64,000 nt of DNA from assembly GCA_012295275.1 (NCBI GenBank), contig CM022677.1, positions 23,064,001 to 23,128,000 of the forward strand, in the 5' to 3' direction. This document shows positions 1 through 52,285 of the stretch, piece after piece; the stretch's first letter is position 1, and every line of letters starts with the position of its first letter. This DNA is from Chrysomallon squamiferum (Eukaryota > Animalia > Mollusca). The notes beneath the pieces are model-generated. The model worked only from the letters and a program-made list of their open reading frames with translations. It searched no databases and had not been told where the DNA came from. A program made the position numbers and the translations under genes.

Positions 1-5
1 CCCAG

Positions 6-504
6 TGACTGCAGCACCGTCATCAGGAGGTAATATATTTATTTAATTATTTATTTATTTATTATTTACATATGTTAGAAAGTTATCAGGATATATGATT
101 TTGATTTTATTTATTTATTATTAGTATTATTGCTGTTGTTACTGTTGTTGTTGTTGTTGTTGTTTTTAATTTATTTTGATTTATTTGTGTTCTTAATATT
201 GATAATTAACTTAACAACGTTATGACATCAATTTTGGTTTCTTCATGCCTTGTTGACTGGGATAACAATGGGCGTCTGTATATACAATTCCACTTATAAT
301 AAACCTATAACCTAAAGATATTTCATTTTACTGGGGAAGGTTGGACAGAATGGAACACAGTGGAAGGTATTTGTTTAGACACCTGCAAACGATTGATAGT
401 AATTGGCAGGACTTGTACAACTGATAATAGCACCTGTTCTGGACTGCCAGTTAAAAAGGCTTACCAAGTTGAATGTACAGGGCAATTCTGTCATGTCAGT
501 AAGT

Positions 505-597
<93 letters not shown>

Positions 598-979
598 TTC
601 TATTTTTTTCTATTACACTTATTTCTACTGTTGATCACACTAATTTATTGCTGAAGATTCTGTGGTAGTTTCAGCAGCTTATTAGAAAGTTGGTGTTTTT
701 TTCCCTTATCAAAGCTTATTTTATTTCCCAAATTTTTTTTGTATTATTTCATTTTTTATTTATTTATTTATTTATTCATTTATTTATTTTTTGCTTTTTC
801 TTTTCAAAACGACTTAGTTAGATAAGTAATCAAATAAAGTCATAAGGTAAGACGATCCCTTTATAAATTTGATATATTTCAGAACCACCATCTAAGCTTA
901 CATCCAGCTCAAATGATGCAGGTAAATAGCAATAGGAAGCATATTATTTTTTTTATTAACTTTCTCATATGATTAATAT

Positions 980-1014
<35 letters not shown>

Positions 1015-1856
1015 TCATCATCATCATCATACACATACAAATAGAGAGAGAGAGACTCACGCACATATAACATGCTTAAATAATTGAACATTACTGGCCA
1101 GATCGCAAGTAGTTTTTACATCAGGCCAAAATCAAATATTAGATTTAGAAAATCGTATACATATATATGTATGTAATGTATATATAAAATGGCACTACTA
1201 TTAAACCAACTAGAAACCCGCCTAGGGTACATATCTCAGTATTATTTAAAACTTATTACTTAAACCAAAAACAATTTTGTTTATCTGTAGTTTTCATTCA
1301 GACACTCATAAAGGGACTAAGTTCATTATTTGCATTGCAAGGCACATGTTTTGTCATCGTTTTTAAGAACGTGCAAACAGGACCACTGTCATATTATTTA
1401 CTGATGCTGTTGGTATCTTATGGTACTTATTCTTGCAATTTAAAATACATTTAGCTCGTGCAAAAGTTTGTGTGGGCTTTTTTGCGGAGGGTGTTCTTTT
1501 TCTGAAAAACATGTTTATAAAAAGTCCAAGTTGGCCTTTGCACAAAATGCAGACCCTGCATAAATCATTAATGGAAGATTATTATATGAATCAATAAAGG
1601 TACTGATTATTTTTTAAATAATTCTATATGTGTGTGGCTGGGTGTTTCTGAGTATATATATATATATGTTATTTTGCTATTTTTAATATTAAAAAAAAAA
1701 ATAAATAAAATAACATAAAATATAATTAAATTAATTTTTAATATTGTTTTAATTGTTCTTATTTTATTTTATTTTATTTAATTTTTTAACATACTTCTGA
1801 TTGATGATTTTGGCTGTTTGTAAAGAATATAAAGGCAAAACAAATTTCATGCTATA

Positions 1857-1903
<47 letters not shown>

Positions 1904-2050
1904 GTTATTGGTATTAATCTCAAGAGAATAACAGTTTATTAACTTTCATATCTCATTCCTGTTAATACTTTCATATTGTGGTGTTTTCTCTATCAATTAT
2001 CGTTATTTTATTTTATTTTATTTTATCATAGTTTATTTTATTTTATTTGC

Positions 2051-2086
<36 letters not shown>

Positions 2087-5000
2087 TATTTATTCATTTA
2101 TAAATTGTATTGCATTATTTATTGGTAGATAAATTACCAAACTTTGGAAATGGGATGGGAGAAGGTAATTTATTTATATATTTATTAGTTTGCTTGTTTT
2201 TAAATTTATATTTGCTTATCTTTTTATTATTATTATTCTTTTTATTTATTTATTTATTTATTTACTTTTTTTTTATATATATCATCTTATTAGTTATAAA
2301 TTAATTTTAATTTATATGCTTGTGTAAGCGCATCTATTTTTGTATATATTCAGAATTACAAGAAAACAGACACACACACACAAACACATTTGAAATCAAG
2401 AAATTTGCACGTCTGAATATAATGATGAACATACCTTTTGTTATATAGCTAGATGAAATGCCATTAACATTTACTGATTTATTTATTGGTAGCTGAATTA
2501 CCAGAAGATGAGTCACGAGAAGGTTATTTATATTTTAAATATTTATTTATTTATTTATTTATATATTTATTACCTTTCATTTATGTTTATTTGTATTTAC
2601 ATAAGAAGACAAATCACAACTGTACTATTTATTTATCTTTAATGCCAGGAGAAAATCTGCTGCACATAATAATTATTTAATTATGTGTACGTAAATGCGG
2701 GTGTGTGTTTGTGTGGTGTTTTGTTTACATGTTACTATGACACCTAACGATTATCCATACATTTAGATCGATTCACATTCATGATTATCTTGTGTATATG
2801 TGTGTGCATGCAATATTTAAATTTATAAATTTTTATCGTTTAAATTAATCTTTTAAAAACCAAATAAAATAAAACAAATATATATAAATGCAAGGTCTGT
2901 GTGATTCAGACACCAGTTTGGTTCTTTCTTTTTTTTTTTTTTTTTTTTTCTTTCATTTAATTTATAAAAAATATTCAACCCATGTTCTTGAAAGTTCAGT
3001 TCCTTTTATTAATTAATTTATTTATTTAATTATTTTAAATTACTCATCTTATGGGTTCATTTATTTTCATACTACTGACTTCACTGTGTTTCAGAAAAAT
3101 GTCTAGATCTTATAATTGTTTTGTGATTATTAATTTCTGGATTTGTATTTTACTTTTTTCTTTCTTTCTTATTTTTCATTATTATTATAATTAATTTTTT
3201 ATTATTATCATTCATTTATTTATTTATTTATTTTGGTGTCAACTTGAAAGGAATGAGGCAATTTGAAGGTAATATTTTACCATATTTTAATAATTTGAAT
3301 TTATTGATTAGTAATTTCATTTCGCATATTATATTTTGGAGAATGTTCATTTAATTATTTTTACACAAACACTAAGATATATACATACAAACATACAAAC
3401 ATGATACATACGTACTGATATTTTTATACTAAATTTCATGTTGATTGTAATTCTTAAATACACAGTTTCATATTTATTGTATTTTTCAACTCACAATTTC
3501 ATACTGATAATTATTTTTAAATACACATTTCATACTGACAGTTATTTTTAAATACAAAATTCATACTGATAGTTATTTTTAAATAAACAATTCTTACTGA
3601 TAGTTATTTTTAAATACACAGTTCATACTGATAGTTATTTTTAAATAAACAATTCTTACTGATATTTATTTTTAAATTCATACTGATAGATATTTATATA
3701 TATATAAAATAAAATATTTAATTGTATATACACACACACACACACACAATTATTTTTTTATTTTTTTATTTATTTAGTTAGTTAGTTATTTTTATTTTAT
3801 TTTATTTTACTTTATCTTATTCATCTCTTAGGTAATTAATTGTAATGGATGTGCAGATCACGACATAAGTCTCATTGTGGATGTTATATAATATTATATC
3901 CGGAGAAGATGTATTTAATTGTTAATTTAGACCCCACTTGATTAAACAAATAATTATAATTCTTATAGAAGCACTTATTGTGGGTTTTTTTCTTTATTCA
4001 TTTACAGAAAACCGACAAGAGCTAGATGATAATGACGGTAATTAAGCGGGTTTCTTTTTCAAATTTTAATATCTTTATAATTTTGTATTAATTAATTAAT
4101 TTATTTATTTAGGTTTTCAAAATGCATTTTGTATTTAATTTTTATGTTCAAGTTTTTATCTAAATGCCTCTTATTTTTTACAGATATATATTCAGATGAT
4201 GAGTCCTCGGGAGGTAATGTTTTTCTAACATTGTAGTCGGTAAAGGCAATCATATATTAGTTCATCCTCACAGTTTTATTAAGCAGATGTATTAAGTTAT
4301 TTTTTTATATTTTATTTATTGTTATTTATTTATTATTAATTTTTATTTTTTATTCACACATCGCATAATGAAAAACTATAATCAGCGCTACATATTCTTT
4401 TTTAGTTTTCTGTATGTATGTATATCTTTAAATGTGTATGTGTGTATGTATATCTATAAATGTGTATGTATGTATATCTAAAATGTATATGTGTGTGTAT
4501 ATCTGTAAAGGTGTATGTGTGTATGTATATCTATAAATATGTATGGGTGTATCTATAAATGAGTATGTGTGTGTGTATGTGTGATGTTCTTATTTGGGTT
4601 TTACTTTGTCTTATAATTTTCATTTTAATGAATGAAAATCCATATTTATTTATTTACTTATTTATTTAAGATTTTCAAAATTATGACTGCAAAAGTAATC
4701 GATAATTATGGATTTTCATTCATTTAATTATTCTTGTTGATCAGTCATTTGTTTATTTGTTTATATATTTGTTGAATTATTTATTCATTTATTTATTTAT
4801 TTATTTATTTTTTTTATTTTTTTTATTTTTTTTAACAGAAGAAGGATTAAGAGGTTATATTTATTTTAACTTTATTATTAAATAAATGACCAAGAATTAT
4901 CTAATTTTAGGGATTTTTCATTTATCCATCTATTTATTTATTTATTGTTGTTGTTTTTTTGTTTGGGTTTTTTTTAATTTTGTTTTTATTATTATTATTT

Positions 5001-7125
5001 ACAGATGAAGGGTCAGGAGGTAATATTTATTTTAACTTTATTATCAAATAAATGACAAAGAATTGTCTAATTTGTTACGATTTTTCATTTATACATTTAT
5101 TTATTTGTTTGTTTGTTTGTTTGTTTGTTTGTTTGTTTAAAGATGAACCTAAAGGAGGTAATATTTATTTAAGATTTTCAAAATTATGACTGCAAAAGTA
5201 ATCGATAATTATGGATTTTCATTCATTTGATTATTCTTGTTGATCAGTCATTTGTTTATTTGTTTATATATTTGTTGAATTATTTATTCATTTATTTATT
5301 TATTTATTTACTTATTTTTTATTTTATTTATTTATTTATTTTAACAGATGAAGGATTAAGAGGTAATATTTATTTAAACTTTATTATTAAATAAATGACC
5401 AAGAATTATCTAATTTTAGGGATTTTTCATTTATCCATCAATTTATTTATTTATTGTTGTTGTTTTTTTTTGTTTGGTTTTTTTTTATTTTGTTTTTATT
5501 ATTATTATTTACAGATGAAGGGTCAGGAGGTAATATTTATTTTAACTTTAATAAATGACAAAGAATTGTCTAATTTGTACGATTTTTCATTTATACATTT
5601 ATTTGTTTGTTTGTTTGTTTGTTTAAAGATGAACCTAAAGGAGGTAACATTTATTTTACTTTATTATTAATCAGAAGAAATAGAATTACCTAACTTTTCC
5701 TCAACGATTATTTATTTATTTATTCAGTTATGTGTTCGTTTGTTTGTTTGTTTGTTGTTTAATATATCTATCTATCTATTTAGTTAGTTAGTTAAGTAGG
5801 TAATTACTTATTTATTTATTTTATTTGTTGTTGTTTTTTATTTGTTTTTTATTATTATTATTTATTTAAAGATGAAGCATTAGGAGGTAATATTTATTTA
5901 TTTATTTATTTATTTATTTATTATTTATTTTAGCGACTTCGGAAGCAGAATCAAATACATCAGGTAAATATATGTATATATATTTAACAAGAAAACTGGT
6001 TAAACTAATTCTTCAGAGCTAGATTTCGTATGAATGAGATCTTAATTCGTTTTTCCTTCTTCTTTGTTTCGATACATATTGATCTATTCATTCATTCATT
6101 CATTCATCTAATATATCACCTAATATATGTTAATCTGTACATTCATTCATTCATTTTTCTGTTATTTAGCACCTAAAACCTTAAAGGCAACAAATGGTAA
6201 ATGAATTAGTTTTAGTCATTCATTTACTTTTTCATTTATCCATTTATTTGTTTGTTTCTTTGTTTGTTTGCTTGTTTGTTTATTTACTTATTTGTTTCTT
6301 TGTTTATGTTATTGAGCCTGACGTAAATTAATTTGTTTTAGTCTAAGTAGCATTATGTTTGAAAAACAATTTATTAATAATGTTGAAAATTTTTTAGTTG
6401 TTTATTTATTTCTTGTATAAACAGTTACTTTTTGTATTATTATTATTTCTTTCTTTCTTTCTTTCTTCCTTTCTTTTCATTTGGTTTCTTTATTCATTCA
6501 TTCATTCATTTAACTTTTCATTTATCTGTTTGTATGTTTGTTTGCTTGCTTGTGTCGTTGTTTATGTTATTGGCGCTGTCGTTGTTTAGTGTTAATCAGT
6601 GAGAATAATTCATTCTAAGAGGTGTGTATTGTTTTTACTGTTTGACCATTTATTATTTATTTATTTATGTATAATTATTATAATTATTATAATTATTATT
6701 ATTATTATTATTATTATTGTTTTATTTATGTTTTTTATTTTTTTATTTATCTATTTTAATGTGTCATCTTTGAAGGCACAGCACACAAATTCAAATGCCA
6801 CTTCTGTCACATAATTTTATTCATTTTAGGAAATGATTTTCTCTACGTATAGTGAGATAAACACATTTACTACTGGGAGATGATATCCGACCAAAATTTT
6901 TAAACAAATTATAGATTAATGGGATTTAAAAAAAAATATGAATACCAATAATTAAACATTTAACATAAAATTTATTTTTCTTTCATTGCAAGACGTGGTG
7001 GCCGTAACAACATGGATCTTAATGTCAATAGCAATGGTGGCTGTAATGGTTTTGCTCGGAGCAGTTTTTAAGTATGTGTATATGTTTATCTATCCGTCCA
7101 ACCATCCAACCAACCATCCATTCAT

Positions 7126-7174
<49 letters not shown>

Positions 7175-7447
7175 TATAGATATGTGAACTTCAAGAATGT
7201 GTGTGGGTGTATGTGTGTGTATCTGTCTATTGTTTGTATTATTAATATTATTATTATTATTGTTGTTGTTGTTGTTGTTTACTTTTCTACTTTTTTTTGT
7301 TTTAGGACGATTCGTCAAGGAAAAGGCCAGAGTGAATCACTAACATCAGATGCCACCTTACAAAATAAAACTGCCAATGCTGATAAAGATCAGCCAGTTG
7401 TGTTTGACAACATCGCCTTTGACAAGGAACAATGTGACAAAAACTGA
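6..7447 (+). CDS. Gene A (5'-partial): TSR + micro-exon acidic/Ser-Gly stalk, type-I transmembrane protein
   Basis: AG/GT-bounded phase 1-1 exons at 6-29, 883-921, 2129-2164, 2493-2522, 3251-3268, 4008-4037, 4184-4213, 4839-4853, 5005-5019, 5143-5157, 5348-5362, 5515-5529, 5629-5643, 5872-5886, 5934-5963 and 6170-6196. TSR exon ~334-498; TM exon 6993-7071; last exon 7306-7447. They join in one frame; AATAAA at 7469. Confidence 0.8.
334..498 (+). CDS. Gene A TSR-like exon (EGWTEWNTVEGICLDTCKRLIVIGRTC...ECTGQFCHV)
   Basis: WxxW, CxxxC, RxC, six Cys; GTAAGT donor at 499. The in-phase acceptor reads TG (332-333) instead of AG. Confidence 0.75.
508..593. repeat. (CT)n microsatellite
   Basis: Perfect dinucleotide run. 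Confidence 0.95.
3497..3690. repeat. 31-bp minisatellite (~6 copies, ttcatactgatagttatttttaaatacacaa)
   Basis: Visible tandem periodicity in a gene A intron. Confidence 0.85.
4665..5665 (+). repeat. ~0.5-kb tandem duplication carrying three 15-nt micro-exons
   Basis: Matching exons offset by 509, 510 and 486 nt, with near-identical introns. Confidence 0.9.
4839..5886 (+). CDS. Gene A array of seven 15-nt micro-exons (EEGLR, DEGSG, DEPKG, DEGLR, DEGSG, DEPKG, DEALG)
   Basis: Each has a T-rich tract + AG, exactly 15 nt, and a GT(A/T)A donor; all phase 1-1. Confidence 0.8.
6993..7071 (+). CDS. Gene A transmembrane exon (DVVAVTTWILMSIAMVAVMVLLGAVFK)
   Basis: ttgcaag acceptor, GTATGT donor, phase 1-2, long hydrophobic stretch. 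Confidence 0.85.
7306..7447 (+). CDS. Gene A terminal exon, cytoplasmic tail (...VVFDNIAFDKEQCDKN*)
   Basis: ttttag acceptor in phase 2, TGA at 7445-7447, downstream AATAAA. Confidence 0.85.
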
Positions 7448-8585
7448 CAATTCTATAATTAGTTTTGTAATAAATAAAACTGTTTCAGTAATTTATTTGA
7501 AGTGGAAACTCGAAAAAGACTATCGAATTATAAATAGCGCATCCAAATATTAATAAATGTATTTGCATGCTTGCGTGTGTGTGTGTGTGTGTGTGTGTGC
7601 GCGTGTGAGTGTCTGTGGTGTGTGCTTTTATAAGTACGTATGCGCCTATGTGTTTGTCTTTATGAATATTTCCACGTAATAATAGATGCAGAGTTTATGT
7701 TAAATGTTTCATAATTAATAATTTACATTGTTAATTACTTAATAATTATTCTTTACGTTACAAATGAATATCATATGTTTTAGTAATATCTTCTACAGTT
7801 CAGGAATATAATTAACAAAATCGTGTTTAGTTTTGTTATTTGTTTGAACAGAATGGTTAGGTAGAATGCGTAATGTGAAGTTATGTTAGCACTTAGTAGT
7901 TGTTATCACTATTCTTCTCATTAATATTATTACTGTTCAAGGGTTTGTCTGATGTACATTTATCCTTCTTGCTCCATAATCCCTTACCAAAACGAAATAA
8001 ACTAAAATATTAATCATGAAAGCAGGATATGCGCAACATTTACAACCCGAGTCAAATAGTGTGGTACGCTAAGGAAGTATCATTCCCATACACTGCAGGT
8101 TTAGCGAGCCGAATTACAACACAGACCGTTTTTAGAACTACCGTACTGAATTTGCACAAAATATTATTATTATTATTATTATTAAGTGGGCATTATAAAT
8201 AAAGAATTTTTTGAGTGATTAGCGAGAAATACTATGCGACATTATGATCACATGATTAAAGCGAAATACCATGTGACATTAAGATCACATGATTATCTAC
8301 GTCAAGAATTAATCTACGTAATTGTCTGCCTTGTCCAGTTTCGAAAGAAAACTAATTGACAAGCGTTACTGAAAAATAGTGTAAACTGTTACTATATCCA
8401 TACGTCCTGACATCATTTTAATGACTAGTTTAATTAAAGGCTTATTTATTTATTTATTTGTTTGTTTCTTTGTTTCTTTCTTTCTTTTTCTTTTTTCTTA
8501 TTCTTGCATTACTGGAGATAAGTATACTTATAATTAGTAATTACTTTTGTCTTTCTTTTTTCAGTTATTCTTTATTATTATTATT

Positions 8586-8631
<46 letters not shown>

Positions 8632-8647
8632 GTTGTTATTGTTGTTG

Positions 8648-8822
8648 GAGCAGGCCGAAAAGTTGTGCACCGTCTTTATAGGTCGTTAATAAGATCTAAA
8701 TTGGATTATGGATTGTGAAGGTCTTACTTGCAAATTCTAGATCCCGTACACAATCAGGCATTTGAGCTTTGTCTTGGTGCATCCAGAACACTTACTGTGG
8801 ACAGTTGTACGTTGACGAACCT
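8648..8822 (+). mobile_element. Degenerate non-LTR retrotransposon (I/Nimb-like LINE) fragment, C-terminal to RT
   Basis: Frameshifted translation GAGRKVVHRLYRSLIRSKLDYG...LQILDPVHNQAFELCLGASRT...LYVDEP matches the LYRSLIRSKLDYG / LGAFRTSP motif typical of I-group LINE ORF2. Confidence 0.75.
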
Positions 8823-8877
8823 TGTAATAATCAATATCATCATAATCAACCTGATCAGCATCAATATCACCATTATC

Positions 8878-8926
<49 letters not shown>

Positions 8927-8988
8927 TATTATTTCAGGATATCGTTTCAACTACAAATAGGAAGAGTTCAGTTCTGAAGTTGTAAAAT

Positions 8989-9636
8989 ATGGAAATTTTA
9001 ATGTGGTTTGAAATCTTCCTTGGACTAATACTGTTTGCAGGTTCATAATTTTGCGAATATCGTTTTTATTTGTATATTTTCCGTTTCTCTATTTACTGTC
9101 TGTTTATTAATACAGTAATACTTTTTCTGTGCTACTTACACCTACTAACTTTTAATACGATTTCTTTTTTCAGAATGCACAAATAGTACCTTAGTTCGTA
9201 GCTTTGTGTCATCGACGAAAGGTAATTATTATACTCTATACATACATTTATCCGTAATAGTATATCAGAAAAAGTTTGATTTTATTCTTATTCATAATGA
9301 CTGGAAATAGCTATGAAAAAAACAAAAACAAGTAATAACAATAATGAATCCGTAAAAATGTTTAAAAGTAAAGATCTTCATTTAACAAAAGAAAAATCCC
9401 CAAAGAATCAAAAATAACATTTTTCTACTTTTTTATATTTTTTATATTTTTTTATTTTTTTTTTTTTTTATTTTTAATATTTTTTTTTTTGCAGTAAATG
9501 AAACTAAATTAAACGAAACAGAAGGTAATTATAATAATAACAACCATAGAGATGGCGAAAATAAATCAAGCAGGTACTGTAACAAATGCAACAAAAACAA
9601 TATATTGTACAATAAAATATTGGTTTTTTTTAAATT

Positions 9637-9678
<42 letters not shown>

Positions 9679-10003
9679 TAAGCACTCGCCATATAAAGTA
9701 AAATCTCTCTTACATGTATCTACAAACAAGTAATTGTATTTAACGTTTTACACATTTCTCTTGAACTGTCGCTGATTCAGAAATTGGTGTGTGGGCATCT
9801 TGGAAGATATACTTTGGAAAATGTAATCACGTTTGTCGTCAAACAGTTCTTCTCGTTAGGGTCTGCCAGCAGACTGGAAAGAAACAGTGTCGAGGTCTAA
9901 AAAAAAAGAGATTCTTTAGAACTTGTACACTTGGTAGATGCCAGAGATGTAAGGAATTTCTGTGTATTTCTGAGCTATATATACATGTATGTATATGTGT
10001 ATG

Positions 10004-10035
<32 letters not shown>

Positions 10036-10873
10036 TGTATGTATGTATGTATGTATGTATGTATGTATGTATATATGCATGTATGTATATGTGTATGTGT
10101 TATGTAGGTATATATATGTATGCATGTATGTGTTATGTATGTATGTATGTATGTTTGTATACAGTGGTATGTGATTCATTAAGTATAATCGTATTATTTT
10201 GTGTGTGTGTGTGATGGTGTGTGTCTGTGCGGTGTGCGTGTATTTAGTAAATGTGCAAATAATAAGCATGGCTATTTTTATCAATATATTTGTTTATTGA
10301 TTTAATGATTTATTGATTTATTTTATTTTATTTATTGTTTTATTTATTTTATTTATTTCTTATTCAGATCATCATAAACCAAGAAGAGCGTCAGAAGGTA
10401 GAATATCTTAACATTAATGAACTCAGAATTTATTAAAACCAACACACTGTAACAGTCTTATTACTTTCAAAATCTAATGACTGTTTAACATTTTATGAAA
10501 TTATCAAATCTTGTTCAATACGTTTTATAAAAAATATACACAAATTAGAATGCTACGGTACTTAAATTATTGTTTCTCTGTTACGGTTTTACCTTATAAT
10601 TCTGAAAATATTAAATATATATATGTTTTTAAAATTTATTTATTTATTTTTATCTGTAAGGCATGTGGTCAAACTTAATGTGGATGGCCTTAATAGCTGT
10701 TGCTGCCTTGACGACAGTACTTCCAGCAGTATCAGTCTTTATGTACAAGTAAAATTTTTACTGTATTGGTTTCATTTAATTTTTAAATATTTTTTTTTTA
10801 ATGATAGTTAATTCCAATTTTGGCCTTATATGTTTTCTTGTCTGTGTCCATGTACACAGTTATAAATAACTGC

Positions 10874-10911
<38 letters not shown>

Positions 10912-10964
10912 TAAATCAAATGAGAACATAAGCACACAACAGATACGCACATACACACACGATA

Positions 10965-11034
<70 letters not shown>

Positions 11035-11064
11035 AATAATACACAAATACACACACCACATGTA

Positions 11065-11133
<69 letters not shown>

Positions 11134-11296
11134 CTCACATTCATACACCTTACAGTTAATTTGTTTATTTATCAGGAGGAGAAGGAGGAGGAGGCTTAGG
11201 CACCGCGAAGACAAAGAAAGGCTTACAGGACGTAAAAACATTCTAGAAATTGATGACGCATTTACTAGTGATAATGTAGTCTTCGATTCAAAATGA
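8989..11296 (+). CDS. Gene B: complete 178-aa type-I membrane protein with one basic TSR-like domain
   Basis: Exons 8989-9040 (signal peptide [17 protein letters not shown]), 9174-9221, 9495-9524, 9781-9948 (TSR), 10368-10397, 10661-10748 (TM) and 11176-11296 (tail [10 protein letters not shown]...SDNVVFDSK*). All GT-AG; 537 nt in one frame; AATAAA at 11332. Confidence 0.88.
9781..9948 (+). CDS. Gene B TSR-like exon ([28 protein letters not shown]...TCTLGRCQR)
   Basis: 168 nt, phase 1-1, WxxW and six Cys. Confidence 0.85.
9985..10155. repeat. (TATG)n / TG-rich microsatellite
   Basis: Tetranucleotide run. Confidence 0.9.
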
Positions 11297-11420
11297 TTAA
11301 AACCTCAAGGACGTTAGATTTGTATATATTTAATAAAGGCGATTTTTAATAATTTGTTCTTTTTCTTTTTAATAAATAATCATTCTATTTTTGTTTTAGT
11401 GCATATTATTATTTTTCTAA

Positions 11421-11472
<52 letters not shown>

Positions 11473-11580
11473 TTATAGTTATAATAATAGCAACAACAAG
11501 CAGTTTGAAAAGAAGCCATTGAAAAAAAATTAAGTTTAACGTGTAGAAAGTTGTTTTAACAGTTCTAAGGTAAACTAATC

Positions 11581-11615
<35 letters not shown>

Positions 11616-11849
11616 CATTGAGGCCTTTCTTGTTGGTCGTCATAGCATAAAAAATGTTTGGATATTGGGTGTTATTCAAAGGTAAAAACAATAAAATAAG
11701 AAAGCAATATAAACCAGACGATTATATGAATGATAAAATTTACCAGTTAGATTAAAACAGAGAACAGTCGGTTTGAATATAACTTTATTTTTGAACATAG
11801 ATCAATAATCATTAATTTGTTAACAAAAAATTAACAGTTCACTGTATTT

Positions 11850-50698
<38,849 letters not shown>

Positions 50699-52158
50699 AT
50701 TCTGATGAATGAGCTGAAGAACGATAAAAATGTTATGTTGCAGATAAAAATTACAATTAAAACTTAAGGCAATATGTATTTTCTAAATAGGGGGACTGTT
50801 CTCATTATATTAATATCCCCGACCCTCGTCATACTCACGTAATTGCTTTTACTTGACGGGTCATGACGTAACAAAAATGTCTAGTCAATTTCAAATGTAA
50901 AAAAATAAATAAATAAAAACAAATAAAAAATTGGAAACATTTGTATTGTTTTTAATTATTTATTTTTGTTTTTATTTTTATTTTATCATTATTTGGTAGT
51001 TAATTTTACCTCAAACACTCCATATGATCAACCCTGATTAATAATAAGAAACCATAAAAGCGCTTCCTAAATAGCACCTTTGGACGTCATTTACGTTTGC
51101 TGGCATCACAAGCAGAACATAATAAATCGTGCACTTTCTATTTAGACTTCTTTAAATAAAAAATTTAATTACATCCTAGTTGAAAATCTCACCATCAAAA
51201 CGTACTGAATCAAATTAAATAATTCATATTTACTAATGTTATAAAGTGAATAGGAATAACTGAAAACAAAAACAAAATCAAAACCATATTAATGTGTGGA
51301 GGTGTGTAAGGGTGTGTAAATAAACCTGTAAAGCAGTGTGGTACTCCTCGGGATACTGCAGCATTTGTCTTTTATACGAACTCAGATTCCAGATTTAACA
51401 AACAACGCTGTGTTATTTGTTTTATTATCTCTGGGTATTAAGCATCATACTTTTTCAAATATTCATGAAAACAAAGTTAACCTTTAAAATAATCAAACTC
51501 GGTGTGGGCAATAAAAATTAGCAAATTTTTGTGGGCTAATAAATAATAAAACATCAAAAAAAAAAAAAATTAAAAAAAAAAAATAAGAAGAAAAAATAAT
51601 GGTGCTTTTTAGACCTGTTAAACCTGCAATATTTTGACCTAGTCCCTTAGGGCATTAAGCTTTAGATATGAATGCAATAAATCAGGTACATCTAGTTTTG
51701 ATTAAATTCAAAATTGGTAATATATAAAAAAATTACTTTGTTACCAATATTACCATACTTCCATTCCTGTTATAATCGATGTAAGAATCAAATCTAATCT
51801 GGTTATTCTTCAGTATGTAAATATATGTATCTTTTCTTTTTTATTCCTTTTTTTCTTCTTTTTCTTCCACCGTTAATTAATCAATTAAATTAGGTAGAAC
51901 ATTTAAGTCATACAGATTATAACACTCATATGATGTAGATACATTCTTGCTGGCTCTAAATGAAGAACAATAATTTAATCTTACTTGGTTTTTGTATCAT
52001 GTAAATTTATATCTTATCAAATAATGAAACTGAAAGCAATTAAACTGTTATACATTTATTTTTGAAAACTACTTTTATTTAAAAACTTATCAACACAAAA
52101 GCAATCATGATCACACAGCAGTGTAGTAAATTAATAGAATTAATGATTTCTCCTTGTT

Positions 52159-52285
52159 TTAGTTATTCATTTCAAATGCCGGATTTTCATGACTCAGTAC
52201 TCCTCCATCTTGTTGTTCTTGGTATCCTTTAAACACTGGTGTTTTCTTTTTATCTCTTCTAAGACTAATTTTCTTTTTCTCTCTC
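52159..52285 (-). CDS. Gene D terminal exon (REKKKISLRRDKKK...LSHENPAFEMNN*)
   Basis: ctttag acceptor in phase 2, TAA at 52161-52159. Confidence 0.85.
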
